Assembly (NCBI RefSeq): GCF_009914755.1
Contig: NC_060934.1
Direction: 5' to 3' (one strand)
Source: the human T2T-CHM13v2.0 reference genome, Homo sapiens
Length of the DNA: 64,000 bases
Every line of letters starts with the position of its first letter. The stretch's first letter is position 1. The translations under genes and the position numbers were made by a program. This document shows positions 11,708 to 26,369 of the stretch, in pieces. The notes beneath the pieces were generated by a model. The model did no database searches, was not told where the DNA came from, and worked only from the letters and a program-made list of their open reading frames with translations.

Positions 11708-12732
11708 TATTTCTATTTTAGGTTTGTTTTTCCTCCTCAGAAGCCTCAACGAAGAAAAAGTCAAAGGTCCTTCTCTCTCTATGACCAGAAATAAAACCTA
11801 TAAAGGAAATAGAGCACTAAGTGGGGTCCCTGGAATCCCCAGCTTCTGGTTTCCAGCCACTTCTAGATGTTCTCTGGAAACATAACTGCGTTGAAACCAT
11901 ACTGAAGTATAAATTCCCAAATTGGAAAGAAAACAAACAAACTTGGTAGTCTCATGCCTGGGAGATACGGAAGATGGAAAATTCTGGAAGACCAATAGGC
12001 ACTGATGAATTTCTACATCTGGGCATTTCTTGAGGGAGAGAGGGCCTGGCTATTTGGAGATGGAAAATGTGGTGACCTAGAATGAGCAGGCCCAGTCTAG
12101 ACTAACCTCTTTATTTAACCAACTGAATAGTCTTGGTTCCAGACTTCTGTGGAACCTCAGATTTGCCTTCTGTATAAGAGGAGTTTGTACTAATCCCTCT
12201 AGTCTTTTTCAGTTGGTTGTGTGTGACCAGCCCTAGCACTTAAATACCCTGCTGAATATACAGAAAAGTAGAAGAATTATTTTAAAATTAGGTCACTTAT
12301 CTTACTTGAATACTACAAGTCTCACACTATAACCTCTTCTAGAAATCAGGCTGAACTAGCAAATACATAAAGACTAATATAAGTGCATTTCAGTAAAATC
12401 ACTGGTGAAGTACATTTATGATCATTCTTTTTAGGCTTCTGATATGGCAAATTAGAGGTAAGTATTTCGATTAAGTCTTCATCCTTTTGGCAAACAAGTA
12501 TATGGTTCGATATACTTGGTGATGGTGAATGAAGCCCTTAGTTTTTCACTTCTTCGTGCCTTAATAAAATCTTCGAGGCAAGCCCAAACCAGCAGGGCTG
12601 CAGCATTATCAGCAATGAGAATGGATCTTAAGGTCAACAGTCATGCTATAAAACTCAACATGAAGACATCATTAACAGGCTGAAGACTGTGAGTCTTAAA
12701 GTCCTGAAGTAGGCAGGTTTTAGGAGGTGGAA

Positions 12733-12790
12733 TCAGCGTCCTCTGGGTGGAACAGGTGGAGGAGGATGGAAGGTCTCCCTGGTCGGAGGC
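12733..12790 (-). CDS. PIK3AP1: PIK3AP1 last exon coding part, (R)PPTRETFHPPPPVPPRGR*
   Basis: TTTTAG|G acceptor at 12790; TGA at 12735-12733; proline-rich C-terminus of BCAP. Confidence 0.95.
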
Positions 12791-13099
12791 CTAAAATGAA
12801 AGATAAGGCAACTCTATTTAAAAACTAATTTGATTAAACAGTTCTTAGGAATGCACAATTTGTTGCAAACTTGGTATACTATGCAAAGGACACAATCCTC
12901 AATGAGACAGGACACACATATGAATGTATGAGTGACACGCATGCTAGCTGTGGCTTGCAATCCTGGCGGCACATTAGAAACACCAGTGGAGCTTTTAAAA
13001 ATACCAATTCCAAGGATCCATCCCAGACCCATCGCATTCTAAGCTCTAGAGGATAGGACTCAAGCCACAAAGCTTTTGAATAGTTTCCCTCCCCAAACA

Positions 13100-13664
13100 G
13101 CTGTCCTCACCAATCCTTTCATTATCTGATGTTTTGCCATCTTGGGGCCTTGCTGACCCTGGAGAGACTGCCCCTCCCAGGGTAAGCTAAAATTCCTAGA
13201 AACAGCAAACAAGCTACTTGCCTTCCAGTGCTAAATATACCTTTCGTATGCAAACCAACCAGTCCAGACGCATGCCCCAACCACCTCCTCTATGGGGCTT
13301 TCACACTCCACTTTATGGGGCCACCATCCACTTGCCCTTATCACCCTAGGGCCAGGTACCAGACGACTAGAGTCAGCCCTTATGCCTCAGAGCCAATGAA
13401 ATTATTCAAACTAGCCAATTCTAAATCTTACCCAGGCTCACCTGTTTTGTCCCATGGAAACCACAATAAAAGCTCTTGTCCACATTTTCCCCTGCTCCTC
13501 TGCCTCCTCACTGGCCCTGATGCTTCCCCATGTAGCCCCCTATGGGTTGATGTACCCCTGTTTTGGGATCTGTGAGTATAACAAACTATCTTTTCAGTGG
13601 CAGTTGTCTCCTGAGCTGTTGACTTTGCCATACCTACATAATAATAAAACCTAGGTTTTAAAAC
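13100..13664 (+). mobile_element. MER74-like ERVL LTR (within a MER5-like fragment)
   Basis: gatgttttgccatcttggggccttgctgaccctggagagactgcccc...ccacaataaaagctc...ttttaaaaca. Confidence 0.7.
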
Positions 13665-14401
13665 ACCAGCAATTCTAATAGCCACTTGGGAGACACACTG
13701 TAGTAGGGAGATTTGTTGAGAGAGGAATTGGAATTTCCAAAGCCTGCTTCTCATGACTGCTTCCTCATGAGATAACTGTTATCTCAACTGTTATCCCAAC
13801 TCTGCATCTGCCTTCCTAGAAACTTCCCTCCATGTTATTCTGTATGGTTTTTGAACAGTCTTAAATGACATTCCAGTTAGACTAGGGTGAGTCTATTTAC
13901 AGACAGGTTCAAGGATTACAGATGGCATTTCCACGTGTGTACTGTAAAACCAATATTTAATTCCCTTGGAAGCAAGTCAATAAGTCAAGAAAAAGAGCTT
14001 TGTTAGGTGCTATAATTGAACTGTGCCACCCTGGAGTTGCATACTTGAGGATTGATTGAATCAAAGAGTAAATATGTACTAAATGTCTCTTGAATGCAAG
14101 GTTTGTATAGGTCAAGGAAATGACAACTGAGTTGGGAAAAGAGGGGCTGCCTCAGGAGCAAGAGAGGGAGGCAGGAGCAGAAAATAAGAATCACAGACAA
14201 CCTTGGGAGGTCCTGCCCTAGTCCCAGGATTAGATGGTTTTGTATGGTTGTCACTGAGTGACTGAGCTTTATACCATGAAAAAAAAAAGGATGGCCTCCT
14301 TCTATCTCTTCAGCCTGCCCTGTGAGTTTGGGGTTATAGGAGAAAGCCAAAGGGCATGATACCACTTTTACCTGAGCAAATTTAGCCTGCCCACCTCTCT
14401 G

Positions 14402-14499
14402 CCTTCTTTTTTTCTTTCTTTCTTTCTTTCCTTCCTTCCTTCCTTCCTTCCTTCCTTCCTTCCTTCCTTCCTTCTTTCCTTCCCTCCCTCCCTCCCTCC

Positions 14500-14535
<36 letters not shown>

Positions 14536-14536
14536 C
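14402..14536. repeat. Compound (TTTC)n(TTCC)n(TCCC)n(TC)n(TTTC)n polypyrimidine microsatellite
   Basis: 135 nt with no purine on + strand. Confidence 0.95.
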
Positions 14537-15160
14537 AACAAACACTAATTTACTTTATATCCACTCCTGGGTATGGGATATAACAGCAAGTAAAGTGGTC
14601 ATGGATTAGGCCCTCAAGATGATGCAAGTGTGTGGATGAGACGGACAATAGGCAAAAAATCAGTAAACTCTACAGAGCAATTTGGTAAGGGAGGTTCAGA
14701 ACCTATAGGAACATATAGCATAGACATTTATGCATATATCTCTGTGTGTGCAAGTTCAACGCCTCTGCAATTGTTTTCTCATCTGCCAAACAGAGGTACT
14801 GATCCCTACGTTGGAGTACCATGTGAGGCTTGGAGATGACAGTAGGAAAGTAGGTAGCAGTTTCTGGCTTGGAGTAGGCACACAACAAGTAAAGCTAATA
14901 ATGAGATAATGACGATTAAAGATCTATTCTGAAATCTGTTCCCCAGGTATGCCCCATGAGCCTTACATTTTATCTTCTATCACAAAGACAACCATGATTT
15001 CCTCCCAGCCCCTCTTCCGCTTTCTGCTGCCACACTGTGCAGTTGGGGTGGGCCTATGGGCATACCCTCTCTAGGTTTCATTCTGAGGAACAACTCCAGC
15101 TAAAGATTGGAAGCTACATCTCAAGGAAACTTATTTATAATTGCAGACCTATAATTATAG

Positions 15161-15495
<335 letters not shown>

Positions 15496-15614
15496 AGAGT
15501 GTGAAGTTTCTTTCACTCATCTATAACCCCCCTGCATACGGTGGTAGATGACTTGATGGCTACTTTTTTTAAGAGCTCCGGAAGTCCAACCCAAACAGTA
15601 CCAATCTATCCTTC

Positions 15615-16640
15615 CATCCATTCACTTAACACAGTGAGTACCTTTTAAGTTCCTAGTATGTGCCAGTTACTCTGCCAGGCACTAGGGATAGGAGAAAAAA
15701 AATTAAAAGTCAAAAATGGTGTCTCACAGGTTCGCCATTCATTGAGGAGACACATCTACACAAGGGTCGCAACACAGAGTGTATTATTAGAGTATAGAAT
15801 ATAATAGAAGTGCTTGGGAAACCAAAAGAAGATTCACTCGCATGGGAACATTAGGGAGGGCTTCACAGAGGAGGTGATGTTTGAACTGAGTCCTAAAGGA
15901 TGTATAGGAATTTTCTAAGCAAGAGTAGAAGGGAGTAGGAAGACAGCATTCCAGGCAAAAGGAACAGATTGGGCAAAGAAACAGTACAGAGTGGCAGAGC
16001 TCACTGGGAATGCTGAAGTGGCAGATCATCGGTGAATACAGGAGAGGGGCAGGACTTGAGCTAGGCAGAGCCAAAGAATGCTGAAATACACAGAATTAAA
16101 CGTGAAGGCTTTTATGCCAGGCAATGGCATCATCAGCTATTCCTGTTCTAGAAAGGGCACTCTGGCTGCAATGTGGAGGAGGGAGTGACTGGAGGAAGGG
16201 AGGTAAGTGTGGGCCTTCAAGAATGAACTTAGGCACTAGCAGATGGAAAGGAGGGCGGATCTGACAGCTGAAAGAGCAGCAGAACGGACAGAGCATGAAG
16301 ACACACTGGATATGAGAGCTGTGAGGGGGGCAGGGATCAAGGATGACTCCCAGGTTTGGGGCTTGGGGAAGGGAGAGAATGGTCCCACTATCTCGGGCTG
16401 GGAACTCATGAGAAGAAGGCAGTTTGGGGTAGAGAATGGTAGGTGGGCTGATGAGTTCAGTTTTGCACAGGCTATGTTTGAGATATTGGTGGGGTCCCTG
16501 AATGAAGATCCCCAGTCAACTGCAGGAAAGAGAAGGCTGAGATGGAGATGGAGACTTGGGGTCTTTGTCTGCTGGTGGCAATTCAAGCTCTGGGATAGCA
16601 TGTAGAGTGAGCAGAGGCAAGGACCAGAACCGGGATGGAG
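15615..16640. mobile_element. L2 fragment
   Basis: L2 hallmarks (gtgccagttactctgccaggcactagggata; gaggaggtgatgtttgaactgagtcctaaagga; ggatgactcccaggttt). Confidence 0.7.
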
Positions 16641-18330
16641 TGGGATGGAGGCTGTACTACCAGTGCTGTTTGGTTTGGGCCAGGGGTTAGCAGGGAGGTT
16701 AGAACACGGGCAGAGAAGAGATGCTGATGCCCAGATCTGACAGTGGAGTCTAGGACACCAAGGCCAGCCTTCAATCCTGTCTATAAGCAGGTCAAACATT
16801 GAAGTCATTCTGGAGAGAGTCCCATTTTATTATCTGCTCAAATATCCCCGTATTTTATTGTGAACATTGCATACTCACACATCTTTTTTCACACCAAAAA
16901 TGCACCCAAACCCCAAGTTCTATCAATTACAAACTGCTTCGTAAACATTGTTTCTTTAGCAAAAAATGTTTTCCTCCTTTTCTCTCCCCATCTCTATCAC
17001 AACATGCTTCCAGACTCCCCAAACAACTCAACCACCATCTCTTTTTACACATTTACATGCTTCCTAGTTTCTATCCTTTAATTTTTGGAACCTGTTTCCC
17101 CGGTTGTCTTCTCTTTCTCTTCTGTTAACAAAATCCCACCGAAACCTTGTAGCTAAAGTTTTAAACTTGACAACTCTTTTATCTTGGTACAATTAGACAA
17201 CTGCTTCCAAAGTCCTCACCTTCAGGAATAAAAGGCCTTGGATCTTGAACCTCCTCCCCTAATACTTAGACTTTCTTGGAGAGGTATAAAACAATGCCTA
17301 TGAGATGAAGTCTGGCAGGTTTGCCACACACAGCAAGTCTCAGCCCAATCTCAAGCCCCAGTTTCTACATCTGCAAAATGGGATAACACTAAATACCTAC
17401 GTCTTAGGATTGTGGAGAGAATTAAACAGGATAATGCATTTAGTATGTTTAACGGAATACCTGCCACATAGTAAGTCTCAATAAATAACAGCATTTATCA
17501 CCATCACTGCTCTTGGTAAGCCCTCCAATCACCAACTATGTGATAATTTTCAAGCAACAGAGCACAGTGCAAATTCAGGGGATGGGACTAGATTACTGCT
17601 AAGCTTCCTTCCAGGACTAATATTCTAATCCGTGCCTTCCAGTCTACACCAGGAAAGCATGCCCGGTGGGTGTGGCACAGCTTGGGCCTGGGCGATGTTT
17701 GAGTAGCAAGTGCCAACACACAAATGTTGCTGGGAGCGCATGAGAAAGTGATAAATAGCAAAGGGAGAAATGGAAAGATCCGTAGCACAGAGCCAGCCTC
17801 TCTTTCCAGAACACCAGAAGAAAGACCTCCTTGTTGCACTTTCTCAACAAATTCCACTGATGAGCTTCATCTAAAAGTTTCAAAATGCAAAAATCAAAAC
17901 AAAACCCTGGTTGAAGAAAAGCTTCCTCCTTCCTTATGCCCCATTAACACATGAACATTTTATTTTAAACATCGAAGAGTTAACTCCTCAGACAAGCCTT
18001 GGCTTTTATTCCCAAGGGCTCCTTTCTGCATCTGTGGACACACAGCTAGCTGTGACCACTTTTTCCGTTACTCCACAAGACTGAACCATAAAAAGGTTCC
18101 TACCAGAGGCCCAAGTATCATATAAACAAAGGTATACATCAAAATCTAGTAAATTAGTCAAATTCTTTAGTCTAATGCTCATCTCCAAATCTCTAGATAT
18201 TAACTCCTCTCCTGTATAAAAAAAAAAGATCACTTATATTGCTGAGTTCTCACTATAGGCCAAGAACTCAATGCTTATGATTCTGCAGAAAGTTCTGTTA
18301 TTATCCTCATTTTATAGACAAGGAAATTGA

Positions 18331-18635
<305 letters not shown>

Positions 18636-19010
18636 GGAAATTGAAATACATGAAAGTTAAATAGTTCTTGCAAGTTTGCAAATAGCTGCTGGAGACTTGA
18701 CCCCAGGTAGGGGGGCTCTAGAGTCAGGCTTCCCACCACCATACGATGTAGCCTGTCACCTGCATTTTCATTTCCAATTCCTTCATATTTTCTGTTCCCC
18801 AAAAGGCACTGTCCCTACAGTCCAGCCAAGGGAATTAGTTATTGGAGAGTTGAATTCTAGCCAAACTGATAAAAACAATTTTAAAAGTTGACATTTTTCA
18901 ATGTATTTCATTTATGAAACATTGCATTTGCTATTTAAAGTATTTGCAACTAAATAATGCATCACTTAAATTAATGAAGGGTCCACATTGAAATGTGTCC
19001 AATGGAGTAG

Positions 19011-19323
<313 letters not shown>

Positions 19324-19421
19324 TCTGCGCTTATTCTTTAGTCATCTTAGGTGTTTCCAAGTCCTATTCTCCCCTAGGATTCAGAGATAAGGGAAAAATT
19401 TCATATCAGTTTTGATGTTAC

Positions 19422-19540
19422 CTCTGTGAGGCAGCTCTCGGAGGCACCCTGGGGGGTCTCTCGAGGGACATGGTGGGTGTCCCATCCACTTGTGGGGGGC
19501 CTGGACTGCGACTTCTGGTAACCTCAGGGACTTCATTATC
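19422..19540 (-). CDS. PIK3AP1: PIK3AP1 exon ~16, DNEVPEVTRSRSPGPP...PPRAASQ(R)
   Basis: CTGTAG|GAT acceptor; GAG|GTAACA donor; 119 nt, phase 0 to 2. Confidence 0.94.
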
Positions 19541-20309
19541 CTACAGCAAAGAAGATGAGAAAGAAAGGCGAAAACTACATTCAGCAACCAGCATAGCTGG
19601 ACAACCGTAACTCAAAAGCCCCTTGGTCCTCCTTAGGCTGGGGCTGAAGGTTGTTTGCAAATTGATAATCAACCCAGCCATACCTGGCAGCTTTCCATTT
19701 CTTCCTGAAGTCACTGAGGCACTGAGGAAGACAATCTGGCCCCAATGATCATTAATTGCCTGAATTCTAATTCCTTGCTACTCAAAGTGTGCTCTGTGGC
19801 CGGTCAGCATCAGCATCAGGTGGAAGCTTATTAGAAATGCCCACCCAAGGACTCTTCTCAGAAGGCTTCAGAGTTGGCAGTGACCCATGTGGCCCCTCCT
19901 GCTTGTCCCAGCCACTGGTCCCTGGATCAAGCTAGACACATGTCCCAAATTGGGCCAACTTGGAATGGGGCCTCAACCTAAAGCAGCAACTTACTCCCTG
20001 CTCGGAGGCCTAGTGGACTCAGGGGACTGTGGAGAAGCAGAAGGCAGAGGTGTGAGGGGAAAGAAAGCGGATGTGCACAGAGAAGCAGAGACCAAAGAGC
20101 TTTTGGGCCTGGGATACACAGAACAGTGACCCCGGCTCCCTCTGGCAGGTCCTGCAGCTCCTAATCCAGACCCAGAGCACGGCCCCTAACCCTGGATCCC
20201 CTGAGACTCACCTGCTCCTTCCCACAGATGCCCCTTTCGGTTTCACTAGTAAGAGTGGATTTCCAGCTGTCTATTTCCTTCCTTCCTTTCTTTCCTTCTT
20301 TTCTACTTA

Positions 20310-20808
20310 TTGAGGTGAAGTTAACATAAACTTAACCATTTTAAAGTGGACAATTCAGTGGCATTGAGTGTATTTACAATGTTGTGCAGCCTCTATCTAG
20401 TCTTAAAACGTTTTCATCACCCCAAAAAGAAACCCTGTGTGATGGTGAATACTGACTGTCAACTTGATTGGATTGAAGGATGCAAAGTATTGATCCTGGG
20501 TGTGTCTGTGAGGGTGTTGCCAAAGGAGATTAACATTTGAGTCAGTGGGCTGGGGAAGGCAGACCCACCCTTAATCTGCGTGGGCACCATCTAGTCAGCT
20601 GCCAGCCAATATAAAGCAGGAAGAAAAATGTGAAAAGCAGAGACTGGCTTAGCCTCCCAGCCTACATCTTTCTCCCATGCTGCATGCTTCCTGCCCTCAA
20701 ACACTGGACTCCAAGTTCTCCAGTTTTGGGGACTCAGACTGGCTTCCTTGCTCCTCAGCTTGCAGGTGGCCTCTTGTGGGACTCTGTGATTGTGTGAGTT
20801 AATACTAA

Positions 20809-20843
<35 letters not shown>

Positions 20844-21040
20844 ACATATATATATATGTTCTGTCCCTCTAGAGAACCCTAATACACCTGTCCCCATTAA
20901 GCAGTTTCTTCCCATTCCTCCTCCCTCCAGCCGCTGGCAACCACCAATCTTCAAACTGTCTCTGTGGATTTGCCCACTCTGGCATTTCATATAAATGGAA
21001 TCCTATAATATATGACCTTTTGTGCCTGGCTCCTTTCACC
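20310..21040 (-). mobile_element. L1M 3' fragment interrupted by MLT2A
   Basis: aaccattttaaagtggacaattcagtggcattgagtgtattta...catttcatataaatggaatcctataatatatgacctttt. Confidence 0.75.
20438..20886 (+). mobile_element. MLT2A (HERVL) solo LTR
   Basis: TGTGATGG...gtcaacttgattggattgaaggatgcaaagtattgatcctggg...ctagagaaccctaataCA; internal (CA)n; cctg flanks. Confidence 0.88.
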
Positions 21041-21109
21041 TGGGTTTCTATCTCTTGCGATGAAACGACCCCTAGGACAGGATAGGTGGGGTGGAGTCCC
21101 AGCTCTCAC

Positions 21110-21180
21110 CTCGTTGTCCCCTTCCATCCCGCTGCTCACACTGAGGAGGCTCCGGGTGCTGGAGCGGTTACTTGTGCTAC
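21110..21180 (-). CDS. PIK3AP1: PIK3AP1 exon ~15, (S)STSNRSSTRSLLSVSSGMEGDNE
   Basis: CTTTAG|GT acceptor; GAG|GTGAGA donor; 71 nt, phase 1 to 0. Confidence 0.93.
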
Positions 21181-21325
21181 CTAAAGGGTAGAAAGAAAAT
21201 CAGCCGGATTGAGGATTCTTTCAGGCTAAAATAAAATAGAGAACTCTAGAACTTATTTAGTTTTATTGATATAAATAATACATAAGCTGTAAGTATGGGG
21301 TTCTTCAAACTTTGGCCATCTTATA

Positions 21326-21620
21326 CTTTTTGTTTTCTTAGAGACAAGGTCTTGCTGGAGTGCAGTGGCATGATCACAGCTCATGGTAGCCTCAAACTCC
21401 TGGACACAAAAGATCCTCCTGCCTTAGCCCCCTAAGTAGCTGGGACTACAGGTGTGTGCCACCACACCTAGCCAATTTTTTTTTTTTTTTTTTTTTTTTT
21501 GTAGCAACAGGATCTCACTCTGTTGCACAGGCTGGTCTTCAACTCTTGGGCTCAAGCGATCCTCCTGCCTCAGCCTCTCAAAGTGCTAGAATTACAAGTG
21601 TGAACCACTATGTCCAGCCT
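21326..21620 (-). mobile_element. AluJ-type
   Basis: Reverse Alu, diverged. Confidence 0.88.
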
Positions 21621-21930
21621 TCTACCATTTTATTAGAGTTCAGTTTTTCTTTCAGCATGAAACAAAATTATTCACTTTTTGATGACTAACTTTGGCATTA
21701 CTGCTACCATTGACTGAGGGCTTTGAAAATGTGATTGCCATTTAACCCCTATGAAAATCCTGTTTGATATTAGTGCTCCAATTTGAAGGACAAGACAGCA
21801 AAGGTATTCTGATTCTCAGCTCTTCAGTGGTATTTCTAAAATCTGCAAACTAACTTTGTTGCTGCAGTTTTTTACTTAGGAATTCTAGCAAACAGGTATG
21901 TATCACCCGTGCAGACACGCCTTGTAATAA

Positions 21931-22279
<349 letters not shown>

Positions 22280-22379
22280 CTCAGAAGTATAATTTATGTT
22301 CATGGTCAGAATTGTGACTGTGAGTTTAGGCACTCAAGGCTTTTCAGTTGGGAATTTATCACCTGTATCATTAGATTAG

Positions 22380-22560
22380 CATCATCCAATAGAACTTTCA
22401 GGGCATCTTTTACTGTGTGTTATCCAATATGGTAGCAAGTGGGAAACATGGCTAGTGCAACCAAGGAAATGAATTTTAAATTTTATTTAGTTGTAATTAA
22501 CTTAAAAATGTAAATAACCGCGTGTGGCCAGTGGCTACCATAACTGGACAGCACAGCATT
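22380..22560. mobile_element. MER3/MER33-like hAT fragment
   Basis: tccaatagaactttc...tatccaatatggtagc...gtggccagtggctaccataactggacagcacag. Confidence 0.65.
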
Positions 22561-22925
22561 AGAAGAAAGCCCAGGACATGGTGATCTAGCAGAGAAGAAG
22601 AAAAAATAAGAGTTAATCAACAAAAATAAGGAGATCTTAACTTTAATTTTCCAATATTCTCACTAACAACATAGTCAAGATCTTAGGTTTGCTGAATTTC
22701 CACTTCAAATAGCTCCTGGTCATGTAAGTTTATAGGTAGTCAAAAAATAGTTTTGACTGCATTCTGGTATCAACTTTGACCGAATTAATTTAGATGTTAG
22801 CTTGAATAGAGCAGGTTAAGATTCTAATTTTGAATTCTTTTTTGGGGACAGATTTTTAAATAAAATAATACGTCAAAATGTTTCTATAATCCAGGGGATG
22901 CAGAAATTGTTTATTAAGGAACATG

Positions 22926-23227
22926 AGCCGGGTGCGGTGGCTCACGCCTGTAATCCCTACACTTTGGGAGGCTGAGGCGGGTGGATCACGAGGTCAGCAG
23001 TTTAAGACCAGCCTGGCCAAGATGGTGAAACCCCGTATCTACTAAAAATACAAAAATTAGCTGGGCGTGGTCGCGGGTGCCTGTAATTCCAGCTACTTGG
23101 GACACTGAGGCAGAGAACTGCTTGAACCCGGGAGGCAGAGATTGCAGTGAGCCGATATCATGCCACTGCACTTCAGCCTGGGCGACAGAGTGAGACTCCG
23201 TCTCAAAAACAAAAACAAAAACAAAAA
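22926..23227 (+). mobile_element. AluS
   Basis: Full Alu; TSD aaggaacatg. Confidence 0.92.
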
Positions 23228-24594
23228 GGAACATGTGATCCTGTCTCTTTCTACTCGTTACCCATACACAACACTGTTCAAGGACCAGGCTGTCTTTTTC
23301 TCCCTACTCTTCCCAGCCCACTCCTGTCCACAAGTCTAAAACCTCCTCAGTCTCCAAGGCTCAGGACAAATGCTATCAAAACCTCCCCACATTCCCCCAA
23401 CTAAAAGTAGCCCCTCGGGCCCACGGGCCCCCATCCCTCTGTGGCTAAGCCTCCCCATGCCATTCCTCATTGTTCATCACATTCCCTTACGATGAGCCAT
23501 AATCCTTTTGAAGGTTATCTACTAGCAAGAAGTCATAAAGCTGCCACAGGCACCAGCTCCATGACTCCGGAAACTCATACCAATCAGTTCCCACTGTCCC
23601 TTCTGCTGGCATTCTTAAATCTTCAACCCCAATGTTTGGCTCTGAACCTTGGCCCTGGCCCTCCTCCTCTCCAAGCTGATGACTTACTTGCCCAATCCCC
23701 TCTAGGCTACACAGTTGTTAGGAGACTCTGGCCCTAGCTCCCATCATCTTCACACTTGCCAGGGGGAAGGGGGGCAGTGCCCACCCCTTGGTAGGCTTCT
23801 ACCATCAGGGGAGAAGTATCGGACAAGCATCTAACGCCATGCTACTCTTGTACTTTCTCTCCTCCGTTACAAGGCTCCTAAAGACAGGCTCTGGTTCTTT
23901 TTCATCTTTGGTTCTCTAGCATACAGTCTAGCTCAGTATACAAAGAGCTGTCCTCAGTATTTGGTGGATCAAGGAGTGAGAGAAAAAAATGACCATATAA
24001 AAGTATAATACGATTCTTAAGAAACTTGGTTACACTTGAAACTAGCGTCTGTTTTAAAAAAGAAAGAAAGAAAAAAGAAACTTGGGCCAGACAACCTAGG
24101 AGGTCAACAGCCTTTCTGTTTTGAAATTTTTGTTCTCTTAAACATAACACTAATATCTGGCGCTTGAATTTTTAGTTATAACCAGATTTAACCTGCAACT
24201 GTTTTTCTGTGGTTCCCAAGAGATGACAGCTGCACCATAATAAAAACAGTGTTTTTTTTAGGGTGTGATTCAGGGGGTTAAGGGGCAGTTGGTGGATAAG
24301 CTGGGCCATCCTCACTCTCCCTCTCTGCCATGGGAATTATTTCTATTTGGAAGGCAGTACACCCCCACAGCTGAAAGCACAGGAAGACATAGATGTGAAT
24401 TCCAGACCCCCTGCTTGCTTGCCAAGAGACTTGGGGCAAGTTGCCTACCCTTTCTGCTCCATTTTCTTATCTAGAAACTCACAGCACTGTTGTATAAAAT
24501 GAACCCGAAAATATGGTGACATGCTTGGCACAGGGCATGCAAAGAGAAAGCATTTGATTAATGGAAGCAGCTATCTATACTAGTATCCATTTCA

Positions 24595-25070
24595 AGATGG
24601 TAGACTAACCACCAGTGACCCCCTAGTCAACCCCCCGCCCAGGATCCACACCTTTGTATGCTCCTGCCCCCTGCCACACTCTAGCTTAGCCATGTGACCT
24701 GCTTTGGCCAATATGGCATTAGCAAGTGTGATGCAAGCCAAAGCTTGATAGGCACTAGCAAACTGGAGCTTTTCCTTTTGGCCTATTCCCTCTCCAGATC
24801 TTGTTGCCATATAAAAGGCTATGAATTAAAGGCCACGTGTAGAGAGGCCCCGGAGGATGAGAGGTTTCCTTGGATGTTCCAGCCCAAGCAGGGCTTACTG
24901 CTGAATGCTGGCTCATGAATGACCCCAGCCGATGCCACAGAGGAAAGATGAACCACCGTCCCCCACTGAGTCCTGTTTAAGTTGTAGGATAAGGTATAAA
25001 TGAAGGGTTGTTTTAAGCCACTACATTTTGGCATGGTTTATTGCATGGCAAGAGATAACAGAAACTGTAT
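24595..25070 (+). mobile_element. MLT1-type MaLR LTR
   Basis: ccatgtgacctgctttggccaat...gttgttttaagccactacattttggcatggtttattgcatggcaagagataac. Confidence 0.7.
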
Positions 25071-26369
25071 AACAGGGGCCGGGTGCAGACTACAGCCACA
25101 AAGTAGAGTAAAATCCATTGGTCTGTCATTTAGTAACATTTTCTAACCAGATGAGCCAGCCAACCCTGGGCACTAAACCACTGCACAAGGGGAAAAGTAC
25201 AGTTTATTCTTCCCATCTTCTCCTCACCCCAGGCTATCCCCCAAAAAACATATACACAAAATCTATTCAATTACTCTGAACCTGAAATTAGTGCATTTCT
25301 CTTGTTAAATTTCCAGCTGTCACTCTCCTTCCCCACCCTGGGATGCACTGTTCTCACCCTGAGAGGGTTCTACCACTTTCCTCCTCCACAGGTCTGAGAG
25401 ACAGAGATAGCCACCTGTCCCTTGCTCCTTCTGCCACCTGTGATCCCTGAGGACATCTCTCCCATTCCTGAACTTGTCAGAATTCTCAAATTGCCCCCAG
25501 TGGGCTTTGCATACAAATGATCACCCCCATTATGTAAGAGGAAGTTTTCTCCTCTGTCCAGACTAGACTTCCCAGGCAGTCACGTGATAGGCTGTGGGTC
25601 TGTTTTGACAGGTAATGAGGGCAGAGAAAGGAGCTAGGATCTACTCGCACCTTTGCCATTCACTGGCTATGTAACCTTGGGCAAAATTCTCTCTCTTTCC
25701 GGGTCACAAATACCCCATCTATAAAGGATGAAGGAAAACTAGCTCAGAGGTTCTTGACCTAAGTCCATGGGTGGGCAAAATTGTGTGTGTGTGCCCACAG
25801 ACACATGCATACACCTGTGCATGTATCTGGGGGACACAGCCAAAGTATGTATCAGATTCTCAAGGGGCTTTGTGATGCAGAAAAGATTAAGAACCCCCAG
25901 AGTTAGATAACCTTCCTGCTCCAACATGCGTTATGGGGTTCTCTGCCCGACATTTAAGGAGATATGAGTCCTGAAATTCAGCTGCTCTCTGGCTCTTTTA
26001 TTGCTTTCCTAGCTGTTTTATTAGCACTGAAATGTATGAAAGAAGAGAAACTCAATCTATGTGGCTTGTGAAGCCAATGTGTCTGGAGTCAGCTAACACT
26101 GCCCTGGATACGGGAACAAAGCCCTCGGCTCCTGCCTGATGCATCAGGCTGTATTGTCTGTGCAATCAGACGACTATTGAAGCTTTCCAGCCAAAAGGAA
26201 GGCATTTCCTAATTAGATCCTCAACCTGCCTGTAAAGTTGGAATGTTCAAATTTGAGTTCATTATTTTCTTTTTCTCTTCTTTCTTTTTATTTTACTTGA
26301 GTACATTGTTTTCTGATATTTCTGACTCTGTGCCCTTTCCTTTGCTTTATCATAGTTGAGGAAGCAGCA

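Larger units (their letters stand above)
10470..12732 (-). other. PIK3AP1: PIK3AP1 3'UTR (3' end approximate)
   Basis: Follows the stop codon; AU-rich distal part with several UGUA motifs and variant PAS CATAAA (10493-10488); ~2.2 kb length agrees with my recollection of the mRNA. Confidence 0.6.

Noticed and set aside
14003-14545. 180-aa Lys/Glu/Arg-rich ORF
   Set aside because: Produced by the GAAA/GGAA microsatellite.
21176-21183. Tandem acceptor TAG-GTAG at exon ~15
   Set aside because: A 4-nt shift would frameshift and nothing indicates use.
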